The position numbers and the translations under genes are program-made. Source: an uncultured Phycisphaerales bacterium (GTDB lineage: Bacteria > Planctomycetota > Phycisphaerae > Tepidisphaerales > Tepidisphaeraceae). From it: a stretch of DNA of 64,000 bases. The notes below the pieces were generated by a model. The model did not search any database and was not told the DNA's origin. It was given only the letters and a program-made list of their open reading frames with translations. Below are positions 49,101 through 57,436 of this stretch, piece after piece (position 1 is the first letter of the stretch; each line of letters starts with the position of its first letter). The DNA is taken from NCBI GenBank assembly GCA_963758525.1, contig CAVWVQ010000003.1, positions 4,544,001-4,608,000 on the forward strand, given 5' to 3'.

Positions 49101-52100
49101 AGACCGGCCAATCCGCCGGCAATCGCTCCACCGGTGACATCCCCTCCGAATTCCTGCCAACTAAAATCCTTGCCTGTCACCAAATGCTCGACCCAATATC
49201 CGGCCCCTCCGATCACACCGCCGGCAATCGCCCCGACGACCGCAGCGGCGACCGTGATAACGTGGCCGCTTGGATCGACAAAGTTCGTTGGCGAATTTTT
49301 AGCAAATCGGTAGAAATTTGGATCGCCTCCCCCAATGTTTATCGAGTCTGCACTTTGAAAGCGACCGGTCGTTGGATCGTATAGGCGAGCCGACATGATA
49401 TACGAGCCCGATGCCGCCGCAATGGCACCCATGCTCGCGTCAAACGTTTGTACTTGAGCGCCTGAGCCGGATGATTGCAGGAGGTCGCCGAACGGCCGGT
49501 AGGAATATGAATCTGCATACGTCCCAGTCGATCCCGAAACACCGGCTGTAGAGCCCATGTTGTCGAAGTCGAAGTACTGCTCCGCACCGGCGGTAACTGC
49601 GGCGGTTAGTCCGTATCCTACGACTTCATGCATAATCCCGGCCGTGGAGATCTCGTCGGCGATCAGACCCCCTGTTGGGTCGTAGTCAAATCCGGTCGTC
49701 ACGCCGGCAGAGGTCGTGGAAACACGCTGCCCCAGCGCATTGAACACATAGTTCGTCGTAACTCCCGAGGTCAACGAATTGGTCGTTCTGTTGAGCGAGT
49801 CATAACTGTCGGTTGTCACCCCGTTCGAGATGAGATTGCCGTCTTTGTCGTACGAGTAGGTAATTCCGCCGACGCTCGTGTACTCGTTCATCGAGTTGAC
49901 GGTGTATGTCGTGGTGACCCCGTTGATAACCGTGCTCGTGCGATTCCCCACCGCATCATAATTGTACGTCAAATCCTGATTCGCAATGTTCGAGTCCGTT
50001 GACGCGAACACCGCGTGCGTCAATTGGCCATCGCCGTCGTAGGTGTAGGTCCACGTGCCGTCTATTGTGGCTTCCGTCGCCACCTTGCCGAGGGCGTCGT
50101 AGGTGTAGTCGAATCGGCTGTTCACCGTCGTGCCGTTCGGGGCATAGTTGATCAGGTGCAGCACGTTGCTGTCGGCGTCGTAGGCGTAGGTGGTGCTCGT
50201 GCCGTTGCCGTTGACTTTTTTGCTCAGCCGGCCAACGGCGTCGTAGGTGTAGGTGACGACGGCGGCGCCGCTGCCGTCCGTCAGCCCGCTCAGTCGGCCG
50301 GCGGTGTCGTACTGGTAGTTCGTGGTGAAGCCGGTCTGGTCGACCATCTGGGTGCGCTGGCCGTCGGCGTTGTAGGTGAACTTGAGGTACAGGCTGCCGG
50401 GGTAGACGACCTCGGTCAACTCATCCTTGCTGTCGTAGGTGAAGGTCGTAGTGCCGGTGGCGTCGACGGCGGTCAGCAGGTTGCCGTGGGCGTCGTAGGT
50501 GTAGGCGTAGCTGGTTCCATCGGCGAAGCCTTCCTTCGTGAGCTGGCCGGCGGTGTTGTAATTGTAAGTGATCGCCTGGCTGTTTTGATTGAGAAACGAA
50601 ACCGGCTCGCCTAGCGGATTGAACGTGCTGGTGGAACTCGTGCCATCGGCGTAGGCGGTCGAAAGCAGGTCGCCCGTTGCGTTGTACGAGTAGCCGGTCG
50701 TGTTGCCCCTGGCGTCGGTCAGAGCCGTGAGCCGGCTGTCGGAGCCGTAGGCGAACTTCGTGGTGTTTCCCAATGAGTCGTTTAATGCAGTGACGTTTCC
50801 ATTTCCGTCGTAGGCGTAATTTTCCGTCAGCCCGGTGGAACCGGTGGTTTTGACGAGATTGAAAGACTGGTCATAGCTGGCGTAGGTGGCGTTGCCGAGG
50901 GGGTCAACACTCTTGGCGAGCAGGCCGTTGTCGTCGAAGTATTCCGTGCTCGCATCACCCAGCGAGTCCGTGGTTGTGACGCCGCCTTCGCTGTAGCTGA
51001 AGCTGTTCGCCTCGGCGTTGCCATCGGCGTGGGTCCCCGCGAGCCGGCCCTGGGCGTCATAGGTAAAATAGGAATGCAGCCCGCCAGGGGAGGTGATCGT
51101 GGTCAACTCGTTTTGGGCAGCGCCGCTGGTGGCGGTGCTGTAGGCGTAGCTCGTAGTCCTGCCGGCGTAATCCTTGACCGTCGTAAGCTGCTCGGCGGCA
51201 TTGTAGGTGTAGCTCGTGGTTCGGCCCGTCGAATCGGTTATCGAGCTGATCAGGCCATTACTGTTATATGCAATCGACAATGACTGACCGGACGAGTGCG
51301 TCAGGCTGCTGAGTTGGTTGCTCGTGTAGCCGGCGGTGATGCGGTTGCCGTCTGTGTCTTGAATGTAATGCAGTGCGCCGCCAGAGCTGAAATCCGTGAG
51401 ACTGCCATCGGGCGCGGTCAGAAGATAGCCACCGGCGCCGTCGGCGGTGAGCTTGTTGTGGTCTCCGGTGGAGGAGAAGTAGACACCGGCGTACCGGCTG
51501 TCGGGCTGGAAAACTTCTTCCGAATCGCCGCCGCCGAAAATGGTGGCTGTCCCGTCAGAGTCTATCAAGGCGTGGGCTTCCCATGGCGTCGACCAGCCAT
51601 AGCCGAGGATTCCCAGCGTATCGCGTCCGGTGATGGAACTGCTGAAGGACCGGCCGAAGGTGATCGACGCGCCCGGGGCGGTGACGCTGTCGTCTGCTGC
51701 CGACGTCAGGGTCGGCCCGATCGCGCTGACACCGTCGTCGGCCTGCTGCAGCTCGAATCCCCAAAGGCTCTGAATGTCGCTGACATTCTCACCGAGGCGG
51801 CCGAGATATGTCGCGCTGTTGTCGAGCATCTGCACGTAGCTCCCGGCGGTCGTACCGAGCTTGGCGAGCAGGTTTGATGAGATTGCGCTCCAGGCAGCAG
51901 TGCCGATCGTGGCCGGCTGCAAGCCCGCGAGCGTTGAGCTCCAGTTGACGGCGGTGGTATCTGTCGGTTGAACGGCGGAGAGGGAGAAGTTGATCGTTGG
52001 GTCGTTGAAGTTCCACTGGCTCTGAAGCCATCCGGCGTAATAAACGGGAATCCGCTCGGATTCGCCGGGCTGCAGGACGCCGGGGGTGTTCCCTTGCGCG

Positions 52101-55100
52101 AGAATTTCCACTGAACTCGAATAGCCGGCAGGGGTCGCCGACGTCCAATAGCCGGACGTGATGAGCGTTGGGTCGAGCGTCATGAACGCGCCGTGCAATT
52201 GCGTCGATCCGTCGGCGCTGGGACGCGATGCGTCGAGCGTCAGCAGTGGCGCGGCGATGGCGGCGGTTCCAGTATTGGAGTAATCGACGTAGAGCGTGGC
52301 GGCGATGTGATTTCCGATGGGATTGGGAATCTCGAGGTTCGTTGTGAGCGTTCCCGTTCCGCTGGCAACCATGGTGAATGCAGCGGCCAGTTGCGTCGTC
52401 GTTCCATTTTCAGCCACCTGCACGGCGTAGGTGCCGGCCGGCACGCTGCCGGCGGCGAAGGTCGCAGTCATCTGCGTCGGCAGATCGACCACCGACGAGC
52501 TGGCGGCGTATTTGGTGCCGCCGCTGGAAACCAGGCTCACCACCGCTCCGGCGGTGAAGCCCGCGCCCTGGAGGGTGAGCGTGGTGGCAGCCGTAGTAAC
52601 ACCGGTCGCCGGCGCAGCCGACGAAAGCACGGCGTGCGCAGATTGCACAAGCAACGTGTAGGTCGCCGGCGGCGAGGCCACCGATTCGTTGTAAACCAGC
52701 ACGTACAAGGTGCCCGGCTTCGAGCTTGGAATCAGCAGACTTTGGCCGGCGCCCGCGCCGGAAATGCCATAGTCGTATGCCGCGCACGTCGGGGGCTGAT
52801 TGAAGCTCGCATACAACTCATTATGGTCCGACGTATTGGCGTCGCTGAGGGCGATTGAGATTGGATCAGCCGATGTGATCGGGATCGCGAAGAGCTGCGC
52901 CTGATCGCTGCCAGTTGCGGAGCCGGTGTACATCGTGCCTAGTGCCAGGCTGGTCTGGTTCGTCTTCAGCAGCGTGAAGCCATACTTGCCCGCCTGTCCA
53001 TTGGCACCCTGAACCGTCAGCGTATAAGCCCCATCCGTCGGAAGGTTAATCAACGCGGTGGATGCGGTGACGTTGCTGAAAATGATCGCGCCATTTGGCC
53101 CCGTCAGGGTGTATGACAGAGACGAGCTGGACCCGCTGGCGAGCTGCAATTGCACCTGGGTATTCGCCGTCGCTGAAAAAGTATATTGGTCATAATCAAA
53201 CGGCGTGGTGATGTTGCCGACGACGCTCTTATTCAGGTCCAGCGTCTGGGCATTGGGAGTCGAGTTGAAAACACCAACAACATAGTTGCCGGTTGCTGTC
53301 GAGAAACCGGTCGCCGCGTTCACGCTGATCGTATAAATGCCATCAGTCGGAAGCTTGACGCCATTTACGGTGAGCACCTGTCCGGCGGCGGTGGCATTCT
53401 GCGTACCGAGGACAGTCGATCCATCAGGCGCAATCAGCGAAACACTCCCGTAATTTAATACGGGAGAGAACGCACCGAGAAAATTAGCCGCGTAGCCCGT
53501 GGTTGGATTGAGCAGCACCGACACGCTCTGCCCGGCACGGCCGAAGAAAGTCCAGGAATCGTTTTCGCCCGATGTATTGATGCGGCCGATGACCGGTGTG
53601 TCGAGGGGAAGCGAGGTTGGCGTGATCGGGCCCGTCGTCGGGGCTTTGATCATCTCGACGTCGTAGGCGCCACCGACTTCCCCGCCGCCGTAATCCTGCA
53701 CGACGATCGTGTAGGTGCCGGCCGTGGCCACCGAGGCAACCACTCCTGCGGACGTGTTGGTGGACGGACTGCCGGCGAAGCCTGTCCCATTGTTGTAACC
53801 GTAGCCATTGCCGGCCAGCGCACCGTCAGGCCCATAGAGATGCAACTCCGGCTCGAACGCGCTTGTCGGTGTCGCATCCTCGACGCCGGCATTGATTGTT
53901 TCCCCGGCCGCGGCGGTGAACGTGTAGACGTCCAGATCGCCGTAGTGGTTGATCGTCCCGGCTTTGGTCTGTCCGCTGGTGATAGTGCCACCGTCGCCAT
54001 CAGCGTCGGCGGCTTGTGTCGCCGGAGCGCCGTCGACCTCCAGATCGTAGGCGCCGCCGACCGTCGCGCCGCCGTAGTCCTGCACGACGATCGTGTAGTT
54101 TCCTGCTGTCGCCGCGGAGACGATCACCTCAGCGGAGTGCTGCGTTCTTGGGTCATCGGCGTAGCCTGTACCGCTGTAGTAACCGTAGCCAGCGCCGGCG
54201 GGCGCTCCATTTGGATCGTAGACACTCAGTTGCGGGTGGTATGTGCTGTCCGAGGTCGCGTCCCCAACGTCGGCGGTGATCGTTTCCCCGGCGGTGGCGG
54301 TGAACGTATAGACGTCCAAGTCGCCGAAGTGATTGATCGTTGCGGCCTTGGTCTGTCCGCTGGTGATGGCGCCGCCGTCACCGTCGGCGTCAGCGGCCTG
54401 TGTCGCCGGGGCGCCATCCACCTCCAGATCGTAGGCGCCGCCGACCGTCGCGCCGCCGTAGTCCTGCACGATGATCGTGTAATTCCCTGCCGTCGCCGCG
54501 GAGACGATAACCTCAGCGGACTGCTGCGTTCTCGGGTCATCGGCGTAGCCTGTCCCGCTGTTGTAACCGTAGCCAGCGCCGGCGGGCGCTCCATTTGGAT
54601 CGTAGACGCTCAGTTGCGGGTGGTACGTGCTGTCCGAGGTCGCGTCTCCGACGTTGGCGGTGATTGTTTCCCCGGCCGTGGCTGCAAATGTGTAGACGTC
54701 CAGGTCGCCGAAGTGATTAACCGTGCCGGCCTTGGTCTGGCCGCTGGTGATCGTGCCACCATCGCCGTTGCTGTCGGCTGCCTGCGTTGCCGGAGCGGCG
54801 TCGACCTCCAGGTCGTAGCTGCCTCCGGTCTCGTTGCCGCTGTAGTCCTGCACGATGATCGTGTACGTTCCTGCGGCCGCCGCGGTGACGATCACCTCAG
54901 CGGAGTGCTGCGTTCTTGGGTCATTGGCGAAGCCGGTCCCGCTGTTGTAACCATAGCCGTTGCCGGCGAGCGCTCCGTTGGGGCCGTAGACAGTCAGGTC
55001 CGGCGCGTACGTGCTGACGGAGGTCGCATCGCCAACGCCAGCGATGATCGTTTCCCCGGCTGTTGCCGCGAACGTGTAGACATCGAGATCGCCGTAGTGG

Positions 55101-57151
55101 TTGATCGTGCCGGCCTTGGTCTGGCCGCTGGTGATCACGCCACCGTCGCCATCGCTGTCGGCCGCCTGCGTCGCCGGGGCGGCGTCGACCTCCAGGTCGT
55201 AGCTGCCGCCGGTCTCGTTGCCGCTGTAGTCCTGCACGATGATCGTGTACGTTCCTGCGGTCGCCGTGTAGACGACCACTCCCACGGAGTGCTGTGTTCT
55301 CGGATCATCGGCGTACCCTGTCCCGTTGTTGTAACCGTAGCCGCTGCCGGCGAGCGCTCCGTTGGGGCCGTAGATAATCAGGTTCGGCGCGTAGGTGCTG
55401 GTGGAGGTCGCATCGCCAACGCTGGCGCTGAACGTCTGCCCAGCTGCCGCGCTGAAGGTAAAAACGTCCAGGTCGCCGGGTCGGCCAATCGTGCCGGCTT
55501 TGGTCTGTCCGCTGAGAATCGGCCCACCGTTGCCGCCGGAGTCTGCCGCCTGGGTCGCGGGAGCTGCCGCGAGTTCGACCGTGTAAGCGCCTACGTTCGT
55601 GGCACCATAGCCTTGGACAATGGCAGTATAGGTTCCCCCGTCAGTCGATGGCACATTATAGGTTCCACGCACAGATGAGCTGAGGCTGCTGCTGGATGCG
55701 TTGTACACCTGTGTGCCGGCAGGATTGTAGATCTGTAATTGCGGCAAAAATGTGCTTGCGGAACTGGCTGCTCCCAGGGACAACTCAAAAGTCTGTCCCG
55801 CAGTTGCGGTGAAAGTGAAAACATCGAGATCGCCAGGTCGACCGATCGTTCCGTTTTTAGTTTGCCCGCTGCTGATCGTTCCGCCGTTGCCGTCAGCATC
55901 TGGCGCCTGTGTCGCCGGGGCGGCGGCGACTTCCAAGTCGTACGTGCCGCCGGTTTCAGCTCCGGCGCGGTCCTGCACGACGATCGTGTAGGTGCCGGCG
56001 TTCGCCGCAGAGACGGTTACTTCGGCTGACGTGCTGTTGCGGTAATCACCCGCGTAACCGGTGCCATAGTAGTATCCGGAGCCGGAGCCTGCCGGCGCAC
56101 CGCTGGGATCGTAGACATTCACATACGGCTGATAGGCGCTGCTTGACGTCGCGTCCCCAAGGTCAGCGATGAACGTCTGCCCGGCGGCGGCGGTGAAGGT
56201 GTAAATATCCAGGTCGCCATAGTGGTTGATCGTGCCGGCTTTGGTCTGCCCGCTGGTAATCTTGCCTCCGTCCCCATCGGCATCCGCCGCCTGCGTCGCC
56301 GGGGCGGCGGCGACTTCCAAGTCGTACGTGCCGCCGGTTTCAGCTCCGGCGCGGTCCTGCACGACGATCGTGTAGCTGCCGGCGGAGGCCGCGGAGACGG
56401 TTACTTTGGCCGACGTGTTGGTGCGGTAGTCACCCGCGTAACCGGTGCCATAGTAATATCCGGAGCCGGAGCCCGCCGGCGTGCCGCTGGGATCGTAGAC
56501 ATTCATATACGGCTGGTAAGCGCTGCTCGACGTCGCGTCCCCGATATCGGCGATGAATGTCTGCCCGGCGGCGGCTGTGAACGTGTAGACGTCAAGATCG
56601 CCGAAATGATTGATCGTGCCGGCTTTGGTCTGGCCGCTGGCAATCGCTCCGCCATTGCCATCGGCATCCGCCGTCTGCGTCGCCGGGGCGGCGGCGACTT
56701 CAAGGTCGTACGTGCCGCCGGTTTCGGTTCCGCCGCGGTCCTGCACGACGATCCTGTAGGTGCCGGCGGTGGCCGCCGAGACGGTTACTTCGGCTGACGT
56801 GTTGGTGCGGTAGTCACCCGCGTAACCGGTGCCGGAGTAATATCCGGAGCCGGAGCCCGCCGGCGTGCCGCTGGGGTCGAAGACACTCACATACGGCTGG
56901 TACACGCTGGTCGACGTGGCGTCGCCGACGTCGGCGATGAATGTCTGCCCGGCCGTGGCTGTGAAAGTGTAGGTGTCCTGCTGACCTGCCGTAGTAATCG
57001 TTCCGGCAATGGTTTGCCCCGACGTGATCGGTATCCCCGTCAGCATGATTCGCCGCTCCAGCGGCTCGATCACCAGCCGGCACACGGAGTCAATTGCGTT
57101 GAATCGGCGTTTGGACGATAAGAAAGCACTCGTTTTGAGCGACTTCTGCAT
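46178..57151 (-). CDS. Giant exported Rhs/YD-repeat protein (3657 aa): LEPRxLL leader, 9 PPC-like repeats, beta-sandwich domains, YD shell + Rhs core, internal variable domain, DUF11-like, FN3-like, 3 Ig-like, 2 CBM6/35-like
   Basis: IEPLERRIML; 128-aa repeats (384-bp period); YTYDAxGRL repeats; ARLYDPTTGRFQSAD...NFYRFAKNSPTNFVDPSG; SHDPNAKIGP; YEAE...RYANG...GPNLD. Confidence 0.92.
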   Translation of the reverse strand: MQKSLKTSAFLSSKRRFNAIDSVCRLVIEPLERRIMLTGIPITSGQTIAGTITTAGQQDTYTFTATAGQTFIADVGDATSTSVYQPYVSVFDPSGTPAGSGSGYYSGTGYAGDYRTNTSAEVTVSAATAGTYRIVVQDRGGTETGGTYDLEVAAAPATQTADADGNGGAIASGQTKAGTINHFGDLDVYTFTAAAGQTFIADIGDATSSSAYQPYMNVYDPSGTPAGSGSGYYYGTGYAGDYRTNTSAKVTVSAASAGSYTIVVQDRAGAETGGTYDLEVAAAPATQAADADGDGGKITSGQTKAGTINHYGDLDIYTFTAAAGQTFIADLGDATSSSAYQPYVNVYDPSGAPAGSGSGYYYGTGYAGDYRNSTSAEVTVSAANAGTYTIVVQDRAGAETGGTYDLEVAAAPATQAPDADGNGGTISSGQTKNGTIGRPGDLDVFTFTATAGQTFELSLGAASSASTFLPQLQIYNPAGTQVYNASSSSLSSSVRGTYNVPSTDGGTYTAIVQGYGATNVGAYTVELAAAPATQAADSGGNGGPILSGQTKAGTIGRPGDLDVFTFSAAAGQTFSASVGDATSTSTYAPNLIIYGPNGALAGSGYGYNNGTGYADDPRTQHSVGVVVYTATAGTYTIIVQDYSGNETGGSYDLEVDAAPATQAADSDGDGGVITSGQTKAGTINHYGDLDVYTFAATAGETIIAGVGDATSVSTYAPDLTVYGPNGALAGNGYGYNSGTGFANDPRTQHSAEVIVTAAAAGTYTIIVQDYSGNETGGSYDLEVDAAPATQAADSNGDGGTITSGQTKAGTVNHFGDLDVYTFAATAGETITANVGDATSDSTYHPQLSVYDPNGAPAGAGYGYNSGTGYADDPRTQQSAEVIVSAATAGNYTIIVQDYGGATVGGAYDLEVDGAPATQAADADGDGGAITSGQTKAATINHFGDLDVYTFTATAGETITADVGDATSDSTYHPQLSVYDPNGAPAGAGYGYYSGTGYADDPRTQHSAEVIVSAATAGNYTIVVQDYGGATVGGAYDLEVDGAPATQAADADGDGGTITSGQTKAGTINHYGDLDVYTFTAAAGETINAGVEDATPTSAFEPELHLYGPDGALAGNGYGYNNGTGFAGSPSTNTSAGVVASVATAGTYTIVVQDYGGGEVGGAYDVEMIKAPTTGPITPTSLPLDTPVIGRINTSGENDSWTFFGRAGQSVSVLLNPTTGYAANFLGAFSPVLNYGSVSLIAPDGSTVLGTQNATAAGQVLTVNGVKLPTDGIYTISVNAATGFSTATGNYVVGVFNSTPNAQTLDLNKSVVGNITTPFDYDQYTFSATANTQVQLQLASGSSSSLSYTLTGPNGAIIFSNVTASTALINLPTDGAYTLTVQGANGQAGKYGFTLLKTNQTSLALGTMYTGSATGSDQAQLFAIPITSADPISIALSDANTSDHNELYASFNQPPTCAAYDYGISGAGAGQSLLIPSSKPGTLYVLVYNESVASPPATYTLLVQSAHAVLSSAAPATGVTTAATTLTLQGAGFTAGAVVSLVSSGGTKYAASSSVVDLPTQMTATFAAGSVPAGTYAVQVAENGTTTQLAAAFTMVASGTGTLTTNLEIPNPIGNHIAATLYVDYSNTGTAAIAAPLLTLDASRPSADGSTQLHGAFMTLDPTLITSGYWTSATPAGYSSSVEILAQGNTPGVLQPGESERIPVYYAGWLQSQWNFNDPTINFSLSAVQPTDTTAVNWSSTLAGLQPATIGTAAWSAISSNLLAKLGTTAGSYVQMLDNSATYLGRLGENVSDIQSLWGFELQQADDGVSAIGPTLTSAADDSVTAPGASITFGRSFSSSITGRDTLGILGYGWSTPWEAHALIDSDGTATIFGGGDSEEVFQPDSRYAGVYFSSTGDHNKLTADGAGGYLLTAPDGSLTDFSSGGALHYIQDTDGNRITAGYTSNQLSSLTHSSGQSLSIAYNSNGLISSITDSTGRTTSYTYNAAEQLTTVKDYAGRTTSYAYSTATSGAAQNELTTITSPGGLHSYFTYDAQGRLAGTHADGNAEANSFSYSEGGVTTTDSLGDASTEYFDDNGLLAKSVDPLGNATYASYDQSFNLVKTTGSTGLTENYAYDGNGNVTALNDSLGNTTKFAYGSDSRLTALTDARGNTTGYSYNATGDLLSTAYADGTSSTSTFNPLGEPVSFLNQNSQAITYNYNTAGQLTKEGFADGTSYAYTYDAHGNLLTAVDATGTTTFTYDSKDELTEVVYPGSLYLKFTYNADGQRTQMVDQTGFTTNYQYDTAGRLSGLTDGSGAAVVTYTYDAVGRLSKKVNGNGTSTTYAYDADSNVLHLINYAPNGTTVNSRFDYTYDALGKVATEATIDGTWTYTYDGDGQLTHAVFASTDSNIANQDLTYNYDAVGNRTSTVINGVTTTYTVNSMNEYTSVGGITYSYDKDGNLISNGVTTDSYDSLNRTTNSLTSGVTTNYVFNALGQRVSTTSAGVTTGFDYDPTGGLIADEISTAGIMHEVVGYGLTAAVTAGAEQYFDFDNMGSTAGVSGSTGTYADSYSYRPFGDLLQSSGSGAQVQTFDASMGAIAAASGSYIMSARLYDPTTGRFQSADSINIGGGDPNFYRFAKNSPTNFVDPSGHVITVAAAVVGAIAGGVIGGAGYWVEHLVTGKDFSWQEFGGDVTGGAIAGGLAGLTGGASLLIDGTGIIAVEAAGAELTAGAAAFYSAIGSEYGYLIGHFNNDFKPAEFVESIAFGAIGGSFSKTIERLGNAAVEEAFHYADGALLENIYSNVELYRLLAGKTLDTLNDLLGRLAQNLLSAVIKAVNSHDPNAKIGPSGYGTANYVADAGSFPYNIEFENGSSATAPAQEVNITDQLSPNLNWSTFQLSQIGFGDTNIIIPAGSQTYQTTVPMTYDGITFNVGVDVGIHTSTGEVYANFFSIDPTTQLPPSVLAGFLPPEDGTGRGQGYISYTVAPKANLANGTQITNVASIVFDGAAPITTDQADDEDPSKGIDTTKQDLVTIDSSPPVSAVSALPPTTTTTSFPVSWSGTDTNSSGVASFTIYDSDNGGAFKPWLTNTALTTSNFTGVAGHTYAFYSVATDNVGNIEAAPASADTQTVVSTVANTKTTLTKSTTAAAVYGQSITFTAATAVVSPGTGTPTGTITFKDGATTLGTAALSAGKATFTTSMLAIGSHTSITAVYAGNANFNASTSGTLTQTVTKSATTTKLTKNTTAATKFGQSVTFTAAPMATSPGAGSPTGTVTFKDGSSTLGTATLISGIATFTTAALAVSSHSITAVYGGDTNFSVSTSSALTQTVSKSATTTQVTKSSTGAISYGQSVTFTATMLAVSPGSGTPTGTVTFMDGTTSLGTAMLSAGKAAFTTTALAVGSHSAITAVYSGDANFTASTSGSLSQTVLPVLFEAEDAALGGTTVALHSHSGYTGSGYADMGDQNSTVQFTVATSGAGSAALIFRYANGSTAARPVTVTINGTVAGTVSFAPTGSWTTWITTTLNATLLSGNNTILLQPTGSDGPNLDSLLVRVPVTYEAENATLGGGTVAAHANAGYTGAGYADFGNQNSTVQFNVTAGAAGAATLTFRYANGSTAARPVSLSVNGTVVSTLSFAPTGSWTTWTTTALSTTLLSGNNVILLTVTGSDGPNLDSLVIS

Positions 57152-57436
57152 GGGGCGCCAGCCTTTGCAAAGAGTTGTTGCGATCTGGTCCAGACTGAAT
57201 TGGATGCGATTGCGATCCGCCGCCCCACTAAACTAGGGGTCTTGGGAACTGAGTCTTTGGCGCAGGCGCCTCCCCATCCTCCGGATTTTGCCGAGCATAC
57301 TTCCGGCTTCTCAGATTTCAACAACGAAACTTATTCTTACGTCACCGCGCACGGCGCTGGTGATGCGGTGACGCGAGAGGAAACCGGGATCGAGCGTTCG
57401 GGTTCCGCAATTCGCACTTCCGCCCGAAGGCGCGGC

